Positions 25,290 to 38,939 are shown, counted from the first letter of the stretch. The stretch is DNA of 64,000 nt from Octopus vulgaris (GCA_951406725.2 OX597833.1:35340001-35404000); one strand, 5' to 3'. Program-made: numbers and translations. Notes: generated by a model not told the origin, from the sequence alone.

Positions 25290-26480
25290 GAGTTTTTGTG
25301 TAGTTTTGTGTGGAGGTGTGAACTTTATAAACTGGAAAGCTTTTCTTTCAATGTATTCGACGACTCCTCCGAATTTTTGCCGGACAAGACGTTGTTCCAG
25401 TATTGTCCATGGAGTAGTTGGACACTTGTCTCTCCATTTTCGGCTTTATTTGAGTGTGCAGTGAGCACATTCAACCGAACAAGAATAGTTGTATATTTAG
25501 TTTTAGAAGTAAGTATAAAATCGAAATACTCGATAGATATTTCCTTGGTAGAGATATTTTGTTGACAATCAGACACCACATCTCAGATAACAACTCGAAA
25601 CTGAGGGAGGGTGGACTTGAAAACATCCCTGTAGAACCTCGATAAAAAAGAAGTATTACGTATTAGAAATATTACATACTAATTGAACAAGAGTTATCGT
25701 TTAGCCATCGAAAACTTGTACGCCGCACAATATATAACAGTAATGGTCTTTTTATCAACACCAACAGAAAATCTAAATGAGTCTACAAAATACCTTCAGG
25801 GGAAACTGGTGATAACTGTTTAATGAGTGAATTCCGTCGATCACAATCTGCAACGTTTTGCTTACTAGCAAACACTCAGTCAGTAGTTCTCCCGGGGCGC
25901 CAATGTAGGATAAAGTGTTTTAAAAGAGTGCTGCGCTCAAATGTCCCGAAGGCTTTGCTAAAGTCGAAGTATATTACACCTGTGTTAAATTCTTTTCCAA
26001 AACAGTTTGGATGTCATCGAAAGCAATAGTGGTTGAGAGCTAGAAAAGTATTACTCTCCAGGGTGTAAGGTATTCTTGATTTTTTTCACCTTCTCAAATA
26101 AGAGGGTTATAAGAGGTTAATAAGTGAAAAAAAAAGAAGGAAAAAAGAAAGGAAAGAAATTGGATGTTAAACGAGAATAGAAAATGGATGTCAAACGAGA
26201 ATAGAAAATGCTAGAGTCCATCTCGCATAGGTGCAGACTGATATCAATAGTCCTTCATAATATGTATTGGAAACTATTGCTGGGTAGTGGTTAATTTTAT
26301 TGATTGCGACTATGATGTTCAGTTTGCCGAAAATTAGATCAAGTATGATATGTTGGGGGTTGCCTTCATTCGTTTAAGTTGACTTCAGAGGGGTCACAGA
26401 AGACGAAGCAGTATTGATTCTGCAAATCTCTTCCGTTTATTGAACATAATAATGCTGAATGTTATTTTCATTAAGCAGTA
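25290..26480 (-). pseudogene. CR1/L2-like LINE reverse transcriptase remnant
   Basis: Minus peptide GKEFNTGVIYFDFSKAFGTFERSTLL matches the RT motif DVIYLDFSKAFD. The rest is heavily decayed and boundaries are uncertain. Confidence 0.55.
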
Positions 26481-26659
26481 GACCAATAATGGTTTACATA
26501 TTTTTTGTTGTTGTTACAAATTTACGCTTTTGCATAGTCTAGCTGCCAGAGTCCTTTAGTTAATTAATCCACATTATTGCATTTATGGTCAAAGCTGGTT
26601 GTAGTTATAGAAACTAGATAAGGCGAGAGGTAAATTTTAATAAATTTGTAAAGCTTATA

Positions 26660-26955
26660 CTGGTACTTCGTCGGTTACGACGACGAGAGTTCCAGTTGAT
26701 CCGATCAAAAGCAGTGTGCTCATGAAATTAACGTACTCCACAGACACGTCTACCCTTAACGTAGTTCTCAAGAAGATTAATATGAGAAGGCTGACCCTTT
26801 GAATTACAGGTACAACTCATTTTTGCCAGCTGAATGGGCTGGAGTAATGTGAAATAAAGTGTCTTGCTCAAGGACACAATGCGTCGCCGAGAATTGAACT
26901 CAAGACCTTACAATCGTGGGCCGAATACCTTAACCACTAAGCCACGCGCCTTCAC
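26660..26955 (-). mobile_element. tRNA-derived SINE family D (tail type 2) with TSD
   Basis: Head and central block shared with 9060-9411, but a different 3' region. TSD TGTAAAGCTTA at 26647-26657 and 26957-26967. Confidence 0.8.
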
Positions 26956-27444
26956 CTGTAAAGCTTACAGGTGTTGACCATAGGCAGAGTAGTTGACCGA
27001 AAACTTCAAATATCCCTATACTTTGCAGTGAACATGTTCGCCTTACCGTTTTAGTGTTGTCTCGTATCTGCATGAGATTTCTTTCAAGTCTAAAATCTTC
27101 CACTATTCTTCAAGTCTATTTTTGAATCGGCTAAATGAAATTCCTTGGTGATCGATTCTAGTTTCTTTAATTATTTATAGGAATATATTGTTGACGGCCG
27201 GTGGTTTTTCAATTTTAATGAGATTGACCGTTGAAATCCCGATTTCGAGTATTTCAATATAATATATTCATTCTTTATTTTCATCTATGTCTTGTACATT
27301 GAACTGATTATATCAATATTCAAATGATGTAAGATGCATAGTTAAGCAGGGCTGCTATCATTCCTCCGTGCCATAGGCTTATAAGCTTCTGAAACTAGCC
27401 TAGCTTACTCTGGCAGATATCTACGAGGGAGCACTATAAAAAGC

Positions 27445-27529
27445 CCTTTGAAAAAACTCGGAACGTTAGGCCTCCAAACAGGCCTTTCCGATACCCTAAA
27501 ATCCAAGAACCTTTCAGCACCCCCTCGTA
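27445..27529 (-). mobile_element. Solo mariner-type terminal inverted repeat
   Basis: Minus TA|CGAGGGGGTGCTGAAAGGTTC is similar to the terminus at 24839. Same orientation, so the two are not a pair. Confidence 0.65.
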
Positions 27530-28407
27530 CATTTTGAGGATCATATTTACATAAGAAAGTCCTTTGTAATCTGTTTGGCAAAAACATTCAAAAACTTTGT
27601 GGAATGCAACATCAAATCGCCCCAAAATAGTGGTTTACACAAGACGCACTCATGTACAGTAAGCAATTATAGAGTGAGGGACACAATACGGAATAAATAA
27701 ATACCAGAGACATTTCCACCTTTCTGTCTGAAATATTATTACTTCCAGGCTAACATTCAGGCTCTGACAATGGTTTTATGGATCAGGACTTCTTGAATGT
27801 GTATGTGGTACAAAGCAAGGTCAACTTATAACATCAGTTGGCTTTCATTCATTGCACATAAACGTCCCTTTCTCTTGTCATCCTCTAAAATAGATCTGAA
27901 TGGAATTTCTTATAGAATACAAAACATCCAAACACTAATTAGCGAACAAAATATATGGATATCAATGAGAAAACCGAAACGTATGTACTTTCGAACTAAA
28001 TATATTTTGATATTTGTTCAAACTGAGTTACAGAGACACTCGTTTGTTACTTCCGCTATCGTAAGTCCAGTGTAACAATGACTGCCCCATTGGACAACTG
28101 CACTCGAAAGAGACTATTGCTAACAAAATGCAATATATAATAAATGTATGCACACACACACACAGATTTTGTAATATAGGCCATGTGGTAAATAAAGGAA
28201 AAATATATGTCCTGCATTATATATTAAGATATTAGATATAAAACTGGCAGCAAGAAAATATGAGTGGTGAATCATGCAAGAGTTTGTATAATAATAATAA
28301 TAATAATCATATTGCATTATGCCTACGAAGTGTTGTGTACTTTCTCGCCTATTTGTATTCATTTCAGTGTGAAACGACCATTGACTCTTTCTGCACATAG
28401 GTATGTC

Positions 28408-28466
<59 letters not shown>

Positions 28467-28562
28467 CTGTATAGATATAGGTATGTATGTTTGTATGTAT
28501 GAATATATATATATGCATATATACATTCATAAATGTGTGTGGGTGAGCGTGTGTGCATGTGT

Positions 28563-28603
<41 letters not shown>

Positions 28604-28606
<3 letters not shown>

Positions 28607-28750
28607 GGAAGCTTTATGAAAATAAACAAAAGACGAAGGCAGGTGGAAAACAAACGAACAATTGTATTAGTATGGCGCTCAGGAAATATAAATAAAACAA
28701 GTCTTTAACGTTTCGAGCCTACGCTCTTCAACAGAAAGATACACAGAGAG
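28604..28750 (-). mobile_element. Penelope-like terminus with minimal hammerhead-like motif (28702-28739)
   Basis: Minus TCTTT-CTGTTGA-A-GAGC-GTAG-GCTC-GAA-ACGT-T-AAAGA. 3' end abuts (TA)n. Confidence 0.6.
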
Positions 28751-28849
28751 AGAAAATATATATATATAGACACATACATATGCATAGAATCAGCTATCTC
28801 TCTTTCTATCTATCTATCTGTCTGTCTATGTAATTGTATACAGACACAT

Positions 28850-29227
28850 TTCCTTTATTCTCTTATTTTCTCAGTCGTTTGACTGAAGAACTGCCTTTAA
28901 GTCGAAAAGATTGAGCCCAGGACCTATTTTTTGTAAGCCTGGTACTTATTCTATTGGTTCCTTCTGCCGGACCACTAATTTACAGGGGCGTAAACATACC
29001 AACATCGGTTGTCAAGCGATAGTGGGGGACAAACACAGACACAAAGACACGCACACATACAGATATATATACGACGACAAGCTTCTTTCAGTTTCCGTCT
29101 TCCAAATCCATCCACAAGGTTTTGGTGAGCCCGAGGCTATGGAAGACACTTGCCCAGGGTGCCACGCAGTGGGACTGAACCCGGAGCCATGTGGTTGGGA
29201 AGCAAGCTTCTTACCACACAGCCACAC
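28850..29227 (-). mobile_element. SINE family A, diverged
   Basis: Homologous to 22510-22943. Confidence 0.85.
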
Positions 29228-30850
29228 TAGAGAGAGAGAGAGAGAGTGAGAGAGAGAGAGAGAGAGAAGAGAGAGAGTGAGAGAGGAAGAGAGAGAGACG
29301 ATTCCTCACAAACTGCAGCCTATTGCGATCCGTGGATCTCATCAAACGAATGTAAAATAGCATCAATTTAGAGAAAATATAGTTATACAATTTATCTATA
29401 CAAAATTCCCGAATACATAGTAAGAGTGTAGGAGTTGAGAATTTCATTAACAAGGAGTTTTCCGTTTGAAGGTTCCAGTTCAAATGGATTTTATTTGAAA
29501 AAAATTCATATGTATGGGGTGGAGATAGAGGGACAAAGAGAGAGAGGAAGAAAGGGGGACAGAGAAAGAGAAAGAGAAAGAGAAAATTATGGACCGTAAT
29601 GGGTAAGAGAAAAGAGGAGGAAGAGATAGTGCAAGAGAGAGGGGGCAAAGAGTGGGGGGAGCGGACAAAATGAGAGCGTACCTAAATAGTATGGAGCAGT
29701 AAATGAAGAGCGGAAAATAACGACGCGGACGAAGGACGAAGAGGCAGAGAGATATGATGAAGGAGGGTAACCAAAATGAAGGTTTTTCCATTCCGTAGAG
29801 TTTCGTTCGTTCAAACAGATTTTATTCGTAAAAAATCAAATGCAAAAAAGCAACAAAACAAATCTGTGAGATGGAAACTCGGTGAGAAGTAGAAATATAT
29901 ATAAACAAAAAAAAAAATAAAACCTGAGTGTTGCATTACTGTGAATAAGAAATAAAAAGAATAAAATGGAGAGATCAGAGGAAGAAAAAGAGAAGAACAC
30001 AGGGAAAGAAAAAAAACAGAAAGAGAGAGCATAGTATGGATATCGTTAATGCGTACGAGGCTCAATCGGTGAGATAAGTCTATTAGGAAACGTTTACGAT
30101 CTCAGAGAATTAAACACATACAGTAGTAATACATCTAGGTGAAGTGTTTATAGTCAGAAGATAACTTAAACACTTCGCTTGTTGGTGTTTGTTTGTTTGT
30201 TCGCGTGTTCGTAATTATACATAAACACATACAAGCATACAAACACACATACATAAATACATACAAGCATACAAACACACATACATAAATACATAAATAC
30301 ATGCATAACTACATACATACATGCATACATGCATGCATACGCGAATACCTAAATCCATATATATAAACACGTATACATGAATGCATACACACATACAATC
30401 ATATATATACACATATATAGACATACATACATTAATACATAAATATATAGATATATATATATATATATATATATATAGATATATATATACATACCCACAT
30501 ATGTGAGTGTGTGTATTTATATATATATGTGTGTGTGTATGTATATATACGCATATATATATATGTACGTGTACATATACATATACATACATATAGAAGC
30601 ACCTACGAGTGTGTGTTTGTGTCCGCGTGCTCCTGTCTGTCTGTCTCTCTGTGTAATTATACATATGTATATGTATGCCTATACATACACACACACACAC
30701 ATATATGCCTATGTGGGTTTGCGTATACCAGTACGTGTACGCGCACGTGTATGTTAAAAAGATCCCCGTAAAATTATCGGTTGTATATAACACTTGTATA
30801 TTCATGAGTCTACCGTTCAAATTGCAATGGTGTTATGTTTTTATAGTTTC

Positions 30851-30910
<60 letters not shown>

Positions 30911-31409
30911 TGCGTTTTCAAAAATAAAGCTACTTCAACCAAAAATCAATGAATGTAAAACGTAAGAAGTTCGATTGCTTAATAACTACGTATATATTAA
31001 AAATATTAAGTCAAGACTGAAACGAACATATAATCGCCTCAGAAGCGAGTTTCAGGAATTTTTTTAAAAATTAGGGAAGTTTAGGGAACACAAAATTCGA
31101 ATCAAAAGGCAAAGGCATAATTTTCAACATTAAAAATCATGAAATAGTCAAGCATACCAAAAGAGGAAGAGGTGTAGGAAAAATGAAATTGAAGTATCAT
31201 ATAGATTAAAGGAGATGGTGTGTGTGTATATATATAATTTATCAAAGGTATCGACTAATTATGCAGGCAAATTAAACCAATTGTTTTGAAATATTAAAAA
31301 AAACAAAAGTAATTAAATATCACACGCATTCACACATACCTGTATGTAAATACGACCCCACCCACACAAACACACGCATATTAGTATTCTTCTTATATAT
31401 ATCTATATA

Positions 31410-31678
31410 AATTCCACCTGTCATCTCTTGTGAAAGGTAGGAGAGCCCAGTTTGCTGGACATTGTTGTAGAGCTGAAAAAGAGGTAATTTCTACTCTCCT
31501 CCTCTGGAAGCCATCTACTCGCAATGCCAGAGGGCGCACACTGTCCTACCCTGATGTAATCTCCAGGGATACAGGCATCCAGCAACAGGACCTCCGTTAT
31601 GCCACGATGGACCGTGAAGTCTGGCGTAGCATAGTAAATTCCATTGTCTCGACCACGGTCGAACAATGATGATGATAT
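31410..31678 (+). mobile_element. 5'-truncated RTE-clade LINE (ORF C-terminus plus (TGA)n tail)
   Basis: Open frame RRAQFAGHCCRAEKEVISTLLLWKP..RGRTLSYPD..MDREVWRSIV matches the RTE C-terminal pattern (R..FAGH..R / LLW.P / RGR / DR..WR), immediately followed by TGATGATGAT. Confidence 0.85.
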
Positions 31679-31699
31679 ATATTCATTTGTCCATTTGCT

Positions 31700-31965
31700 T
31701 GTTCTAGTCATCATCACTCTTAAAGAGTTTCAATCGAAGAAATCGACCCCATGATTTTTTCTTTGTAAGCCTAGTAACTTATTCTATTGGTTTGTTTTGC
31801 CGAACCACTAGTTTACAGGGACACAAACACGCCAACATCATTTGTTAAACGATGGCGGAGTAACAAACCTATATACAAAGACACAGATGCACGTATATAT
31901 ATATATATGTTGGGCTTCTTTCAGTTTCCATCTACCAAATCCACTCAGCAGGCTTTGGTCGGCCT
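31700..31965 (-). mobile_element. SINE family A, 3' part
   Basis: TTCTTTCAGTTTCC.TCTACCAAATCCACTCA..GGCTTTGGTCGGCC shared with other A copies. Confidence 0.8.
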
Positions 31966-32445
31966 TCCCTTGCAATTCCTTTGCTGTCCTCAAAAAGTCA
32001 AACAGACGTTCAATTGTCAGGCCTACCTCATCCTTCGCTTCCTCTAGATTTGGCGCTTCCTCCTCCTCTTCGCTAGCAGACTTAGTTAACTCTAACAAAT
32101 CTTCATCTGTCAGCGTTTCAGATTGGGCATCGATGAGAATGTTGACCTCATCTTACATGATGTCGTCAAAACCTTCGCCTCCAAGTACCTTTGCCAGCTT
32201 CACAGCATTCTTGACAGCCTCGTGCTGAATATCTTCAGAGAAAAAGCCCTCGTAGTAGTGGATACTCTCTGGCCTCATCTTCTTCCAGCATGCGATGAAG
32301 GTTTCTTTTTTTCATGTCTTTAATAGCAGCGTGGATGACTGACAGGCACGTTGCGATCGTGAAGTTTAGCTTGAAATTCTCGTCCGAATCTATTGCGTCC
32401 ACAAGGTGCTGGAGAGAGTTCTGCGTGTAAAGTGCCTTGACACTA
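31966..32445 (-). pseudogene. Tigger/pogo transposase C-terminal remnant
   Basis: KALYTQNSLQHLVDAID, FTIATCLSVI, ACWKK, LAKVLGGEGFDD, LIDAQSETLTDEDLLEL..EEEEE: typical Tigger post-DDE acidic region. Confidence 0.85.
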
Positions 32446-32513
32446 ACTGCAGCGAACTCAAGCAAAGTATGAAAACTTTACTAAAAAGTTAAACTTAGAA
32501 AAATGTTGCATGT

Positions 32514-32560
<47 letters not shown>

Positions 32561-32707
32561 ATTGTCGAACGATGAAAATGAGGGCTCAACACCGCATTGT
32601 TGGATATAATTTCTTTATTTGTGAATTAAGGCTACCATTGATTTCATGTTAAGAAAAGTAGGAACATAGCTTACACACACACACATATACATATACATTT
32701 ACATAGG

Positions 32708-32741
<34 letters not shown>

Positions 32742-32742
<1 letters not shown>

Positions 32743-32895
32743 TGTTGTGTCTGGGGAGAGTCATTTTCTTTTTGTGCCTTATAATATAACACACTCACCG
32801 GTAAAATTTCCACTTATTTCTTATTTTTATTTTTACCACTAAGCGTGTTTAATTATAAGGCACAGAAAGAAAATGACTCTCCCCAGACACAACAG
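32742..32895. repeat. Near-perfect foldback (44-bp core arms, extending to about 65 bp)
   Basis: CTGTTGTGTCTGGGGAGAGTCATTTTCTTTTTGTGCCTTATAAT versus ATTATAAGGCACAGAAAGAAAATGACTCTCCCCAGACACAACAG (one mismatch). Confidence 0.9.
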
Positions 32896-32929
32896 AATAT
32901 GCTTCAACACACGAACTCACGCACACACA

Positions 32930-33019
<90 letters not shown>

Positions 33020-33366
33020 AATATATATATATAAACAGTATCAACTAGATACAGGTTTCTGGTATGATTCTTCTTGCTTTTATATACTCTTGCAACATGT
33101 ATATATTGTACTGATTGCATGAAAAGTGTTCCTCCCAGAAAACGTTTGGGATTATTCTTGCTATTTCAGTACACCTTGGTCCCCTTGTTTTTATCCGGTC
33201 GTTTACGGATTTTAGACATATGCTAAAAGTTATCGAGAAAAAAAAATTGTCCTGTTTTCCATTTGTTTCTCTCGTTGTTTGCGTATTGAGCTCATTTGTT
33301 TTCGTATTTCGTGTTGTTGTTGTTTACTATTGGTGCCCTCCCGTACACATATATACTTGTGTGTGT

Positions 33367-33407
<41 letters not shown>

Positions 33408-33507
33408 CGTGTATTATATATTATATTAATTATATTTATTTTTTATTTTTTATGTTTTGGTTTATGTCTATCACTGTTTGAGTTGCTTAATAGTGGTTTT
33501 ATCTCTA

Positions 33508-33549
<42 letters not shown>

Positions 33550-33610
33550 TTATATATATATATTATTTATATTATTATTTGATTGAACGCCACGCATCCA
33601 TTTCCAAGTA

Positions 33611-33657
<47 letters not shown>

Positions 33658-34119
33658 GCACATACTACATCATATCTCATCATATTAGATAATATAACAG
33701 CATATGATATATTATATTATATTTTATTATATTATGTCATATATTGGTGGCTGATGTCAGGTTGTTTGTAAGTATTACAGGTAACATGTAACATGGTACA
33801 ACCTGTTGTATGGCCGGATTGTCGGCGGCTAAAGCGTTAAACTCACCAAGCTTACCTGGGGCGGCGTACGATCTTGGACACCCAGCAGATGAAAAACAAG
33901 ACCTGTCGAAAGCAGATGAATTCAATGGCTAATCAATAATTTTTACATATATAAATTAAATACTGTGTATGTATGTTTGTGTATAACGGCAAGTGAAATT
34001 TAATTCAAACGGGTCTTGGAAGAAGTAAGTAGCCTTCATTTACATGACTTAGGAGTTGGTGGCAGAGAGCCAGTGGAGTCACCTGTTGTTGATGGTGACA
34101 AATCGTCAAATTGAGCTGG

Positions 34120-34790
34120 AAACAATGATGCAGGGCAAACATCTGAAATGAGATTTTAAGGCCTGGTCACACACACGAAAGGTAGTTGTTACTACGTGGT
34201 CTGGAAATCCCTTTAGCCACTTGGGCAGTCTCCTATATTCTCATGCAATCTCAGCTCTTGGCCATATTTCGGGCATATTGTGTGGGAATGAGTCTGAGGT
34301 GCGTCCAGCTCTTTCTCACTTTAAAAAGATGTTGCGCTTGTCTAGTATTTGTGGCAAACTGGTGGGACATAGATGAGAGATTTCCAGCAAAGGATCTTGT
34401 AGTCTTGTTACTGTGGATAGAATTTTCCGTACAGTTGCAACAAAGAAATACCAACACCTCCCTAGTATCAGGTGCATGGAAGGTGTAGTATAGACGGGAG
34501 CAGTTATGATTTTTCTGAAAATCACCACCACCACCACGTACTGCTTCAACAAGGGACGACGTCCATTGTTTCGTAGTTAGTCATGGTCTCCATTGATTAT
34601 TGATGGCTGAAGCTTTTTGGAGCCAGGAACAGCGGCCCTTTCATTACGGGTATTACACATTTGCGACAATGAAAAACCGACTCCTCCATAGCTTCACTCG
34701 CACAGGAAGTATAGTTTAGACGGGAACAGCTGTGAATATTTTCCTCTGGATACTGTTGAGGTTCTGTATGTTTGGAGTTGTCTCCATTGG
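34120..34790 (-). pseudogene. Possible RTE-like LINE 3' remnant
   Basis: Minus peptides SLPQIL and GLKSHFR resemble the RTE C-terminal LPKQIL and GLxSHxR zinc-knuckle motifs. Very decayed. Confidence 0.4.
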
Positions 34791-34877
34791 CCAAAATGGG
34801 CGAACTTTATAATTTTGATATCTGTTTTCCTCTTTATTTTTTCTCTCTTATTATATTTGTCTTAATTTGTATATATA

Positions 34878-35025
34878 GGCGCAGGAGTGGCTGCGTGGTA
34901 AGTAGCTTGCTTACCAGCCGCATGGTTCTGCGTAGTACCTTGGGGGCAAGTGTCTTCTACAATAGCCTCGGCCGACCAAAGCCTTGTGAGTGGATTTGGT
35001 AGATAGAAACTGAAAGAAGCCCGGT
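34878..35025 (+). mobile_element. SINE family A, 5' half
   Basis: GGCGCAGGAGTGGCTGCGTGGTAAGTAGC..GAAACTGAAAGAAGCCC. Confidence 0.85.
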
Positions 35026-35199
35026 TATATAAACAGCCACTCCTGTTTAAATCACACAGTTGCTTCAGTTGTATAATATATGTGGTTATGTGTCTATGTG
35101 TATGTCTATGTACGTAAGAATGTATGAATGTATGTTTACATGTATGAACGTATGCATGTATGTGTGTATGAGTATGTATGTATGTGCATAAAACTTTGT

Positions 35200-35860
35200 T
35201 GAACTGTCTCCAAAACGAAAATTATTCTTCATCCGCTTCTGGACGCATCATCCTTCCCGTGTCTTCCTCTCCTGCAAACCAACTGAGTACATTTGGGACA
35301 ATGTATAGATGCGTCTCAACCACCACTATTGTCACAATGTCAAAAGTTATCAGATGATGTTACATTAATCATCCTTCTTATTCTCTCAACGGACATGTGA
35401 TCTTGCCACATGGATTCTTAATACGCAAGGATTTGCGTTGAAGAGCTTGAAATTTAGCGCTGGATGTAGTGGTATTGTCAAGAATGATTCCATAAATTAA
35501 TATTGATCATACCAAGGTTATATGAATATTTGCGTAGGTTTGTATCGAGACATGGCTGAATTTCGATGCGTTCTCTGCCTGGCCTGCTTTGTTTTTCTTT
35601 TTTCTTAGTTCTAAGCCAAGTGAGTAACCATAGTTGCCAAGAACTTGAAGTAATCAGCGGTCTTTATAATGTCTCCTTCAAAATTGCAATATGAAGGCTT
35701 AGCATAATTTATATACATCATTTCTGTTGTCGAACAGTTAATATGGCGACCAATCTCATTCACTCTTTTGTTATGCCATCCAAAATTTGTTGCCTTTTCT
35801 GCTGTTTTTGCAGTCACCACCAGGTCGTCAGCATAATCCAGATCGGCTTGCATTTTATGT
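35200..35860 (-). pseudogene. RTE-clade LINE reverse transcriptase remnant
   Basis: ORF 35611-35853: ADLDYADDLVV..IGRHINCSTTEMM..I...DYFKFL corresponds to YADD, GLxINxxKT and FKYLG motifs. Confidence 0.8.
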
Positions 35861-36611
35861 TAACAGTTCATTGTAAACTTTTATGTCATATTTCCTCCAT
35901 CCCAAATCGACCAGCACCGCAAAAAGCAATTGTTCTCTGAATAAAATTAGACTTGAAACTTAGAGTCCCATCCACACCAATCTAATGCGTACAGTTTCAT
36001 TCTGTTACATTTTTTTAAAGTGATATAATCTCAGTTTCACTCGCCACTATCTCTCTCTTAATCTAATGCTAGCATGTGGCTTCTTTCCACTTCATCTCTG
36101 GCCTACCAGCTTCCTTTCTCAAATTAGTTCTCTTGGCGAATGCAACAATTTCTCGATATCGCCATTTTTCTCGTGTGCTCAATGACTACTGTTCGATCAT
36201 TCACCTAAACTTATATTTCCATTTCTTCAATCGTTTCAGATGTACACCATTGTCACGGGCCAGTTTTCTTCATTAAAGTCTAATGTTGTTAATTTTTTTC
36301 TGCTCTAGACACTTAGGTTTAACCATGTACTTTTCGTGTTGTCCCTATTTTCTCTTAAATATACTTTCTGATTTGTTCCCTGTGTCAACTCCTAACAACA
36401 GTCTTCAAAGACTGATCACCCTACTATAGCTTATTTCACTTTCTTAAGGTAGCGAAATTGCAAATATCCCCTGAGACAGCAGTTGAGGGGTCCTTTTCTT
36501 TTGTGCTGTGTTATGCCTTTTCATCACTCATTATGTACATACGTGTGTCTGTTTGTATGTGCGTGAGTTTGTAAACACATGTACACAAATATTTGTAAGT
36601 ATGTGTACATA

Positions 36612-36669
<58 letters not shown>

Positions 36670-36694
36670 CATATATCTATATATATATATATAC

Positions 36695-36783
<89 letters not shown>

Positions 36784-37673
36784 TACGTGTGTATGTGTGA
36801 ATGTATGTGTTAATGCGCACGCACACATATTGCAATATTCGGATAATATGTAATTTCGAATTCTGATGAGTATGCCATATGGCATTGTATATGTTTGAGT
36901 AATACATCTGATAACCGATAAACGTGCGTTATATGTTATCTATGCTGTATGTGTGTGCAAGCCTGCGCGCAGCGTGTTTGTGTGTTACATGTATGTATGA
37001 AGAGCATATTATAACATTGCATTAGACATGTAATATGCATACACTTGACATTCGCTGTTGTGTTTATCCACAATGGGAAATATCTGTTTAAATGAAGTAT
37101 ATATTTTGTAGTGTGATCGAAATTTTATTACTGAGGTGAGAGACGGACTGAAGTGTGAGAAAAACTTTTGGCGAAGCTATTGTGCAAAGACAGGGACCTT
37201 CACACTGAGATTGATAATGTCGACGAGGCTTGTTTAACTTGGCTGCCATATTCACATGTACCCTAGCAGCTACAGTGGGTCATATTGACCCGTCGGTGTC
37301 TTAGTCATATCGAGTCTGAAAGTCGCAACACACGGTGAATATTTGGTAGACAACAACACAATCTTGACAAGAGTGGCGTTAATAGCGATGCTATGTCATT
37401 AGATGTAAGAGTGATGCTACCAGCAGCAATGGTGGCGGTGAAGGCGACGTTAATAGTGGTAATCCTAATTGCAGCGTTGCGTTGGCGATATTAATAGTGA
37501 TATCACTTATGTTGATGCTGATGATGGTGACAGTGGCGGTGTGGATACTTGTGTAATTTCTACTCATTCCGTTGCTGATAATAGTTGTTGTAGCAGTAAG
37601 GGTTGTGGCGGCAGCTTCACAAGTTCTCTGCTGCAGCACGGTGCTTTAGATATGACTCACAGACGAGAGACAG

Positions 37674-37741
<68 letters not shown>

Positions 37742-38763
37742 TGTTTGTGTGAGTGTGTGTGTGTGTGTGCGAGTGTGTGTTTGTGCGTGAGAGAGAGAGA
37801 GAGAGAGGGAGAGAGAATGAGAGAGTGTCGGATCAGTGAGTGATTGAGAAAGATATAACACGAATTGAGAGAGGGAGAAAAAGTTAGGAGGAAAGGAATG
37901 AAAATATCTGTGTGCATATTGAGCCTTTTAAATGCAAACCACCAAGCTTCAGAAGATAAATCCTAGAAATTGAAAGCGGGACAATACAGCAGACAATATC
38001 CTAGAAATAATAGTTATATAATAGTTAGTTATATAGGAAAGTATTAGCATTGTAGAGAAAATATTGACGAGTTATATTTTAAAAAAAAGAGTTTAGATAA
38101 AGTAACAATGACGAATAAATTGGGAAATGACGAATAGAGTGAACAGCTAGCTGTGTGCGGAGCAGACTGGTGGAGAGGGGAGAAGAACCAGACGAAGACT
38201 AGCTGACTGCTTGGCAGGGTGACTGTAATGCAAACACAGGACGACACAGACAGACTGACCCAGACAAGTCTGAAAGACAGACAGATAGACAGACGGCTGG
38301 AGAGTTAGCTGGATGAATGAGCTGGTTAATGGTGGGATGGGAGGTGAAGTAATTGACATATATAAAGCCAGACGAGCAGCCCAGACAGACAACGGCGGGC
38401 TTGTATGACTGAGAGACAGCCGAGAAGATTTTTGTAATGTCTAACATTGACATTGATGAATAATCAAGGCAAAAACTCGTGCAAAGAAAAACTGAATAAT
38501 AAGGCTGACATCATTCACTGATTGATAGATAGTTGAATCGATAGTTTGACAAAACAAAAACAAAATAATAAATATAAGGCAGACAGAGATGTATAGAGAA
38601 CAATGGATTAGGGCAAATAATCCACTGATGCCTTCTATTGCTTAACATAGAGGCACGATGAAAACTGTTTGTAATAGATATAGAAAAAGCGTGAAAAAGT
38701 GTTAACCCACTAAATATATAAGGTGGCTGACTTAATGTCTGCATGTATGTATGCACATATACA

Positions 38764-38854
<91 letters not shown>

Positions 38855-38855
38855 A

Positions 38856-38924
<69 letters not shown>

Positions 38925-38939
38925 CTGTGTGTACATATA

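Noticed and set aside
24810-27529. Two mariner TIR-like ends as borders of one element
   Set aside because: Both are in the same orientation, so they cannot be the two ends of one transposon.
37391-37640. GC-richer ORFs that could be an exon
   Set aside because: Degenerate triplet repeat (GAT/GGT/GCA) with no recognisable protein motif or clear splice sites.
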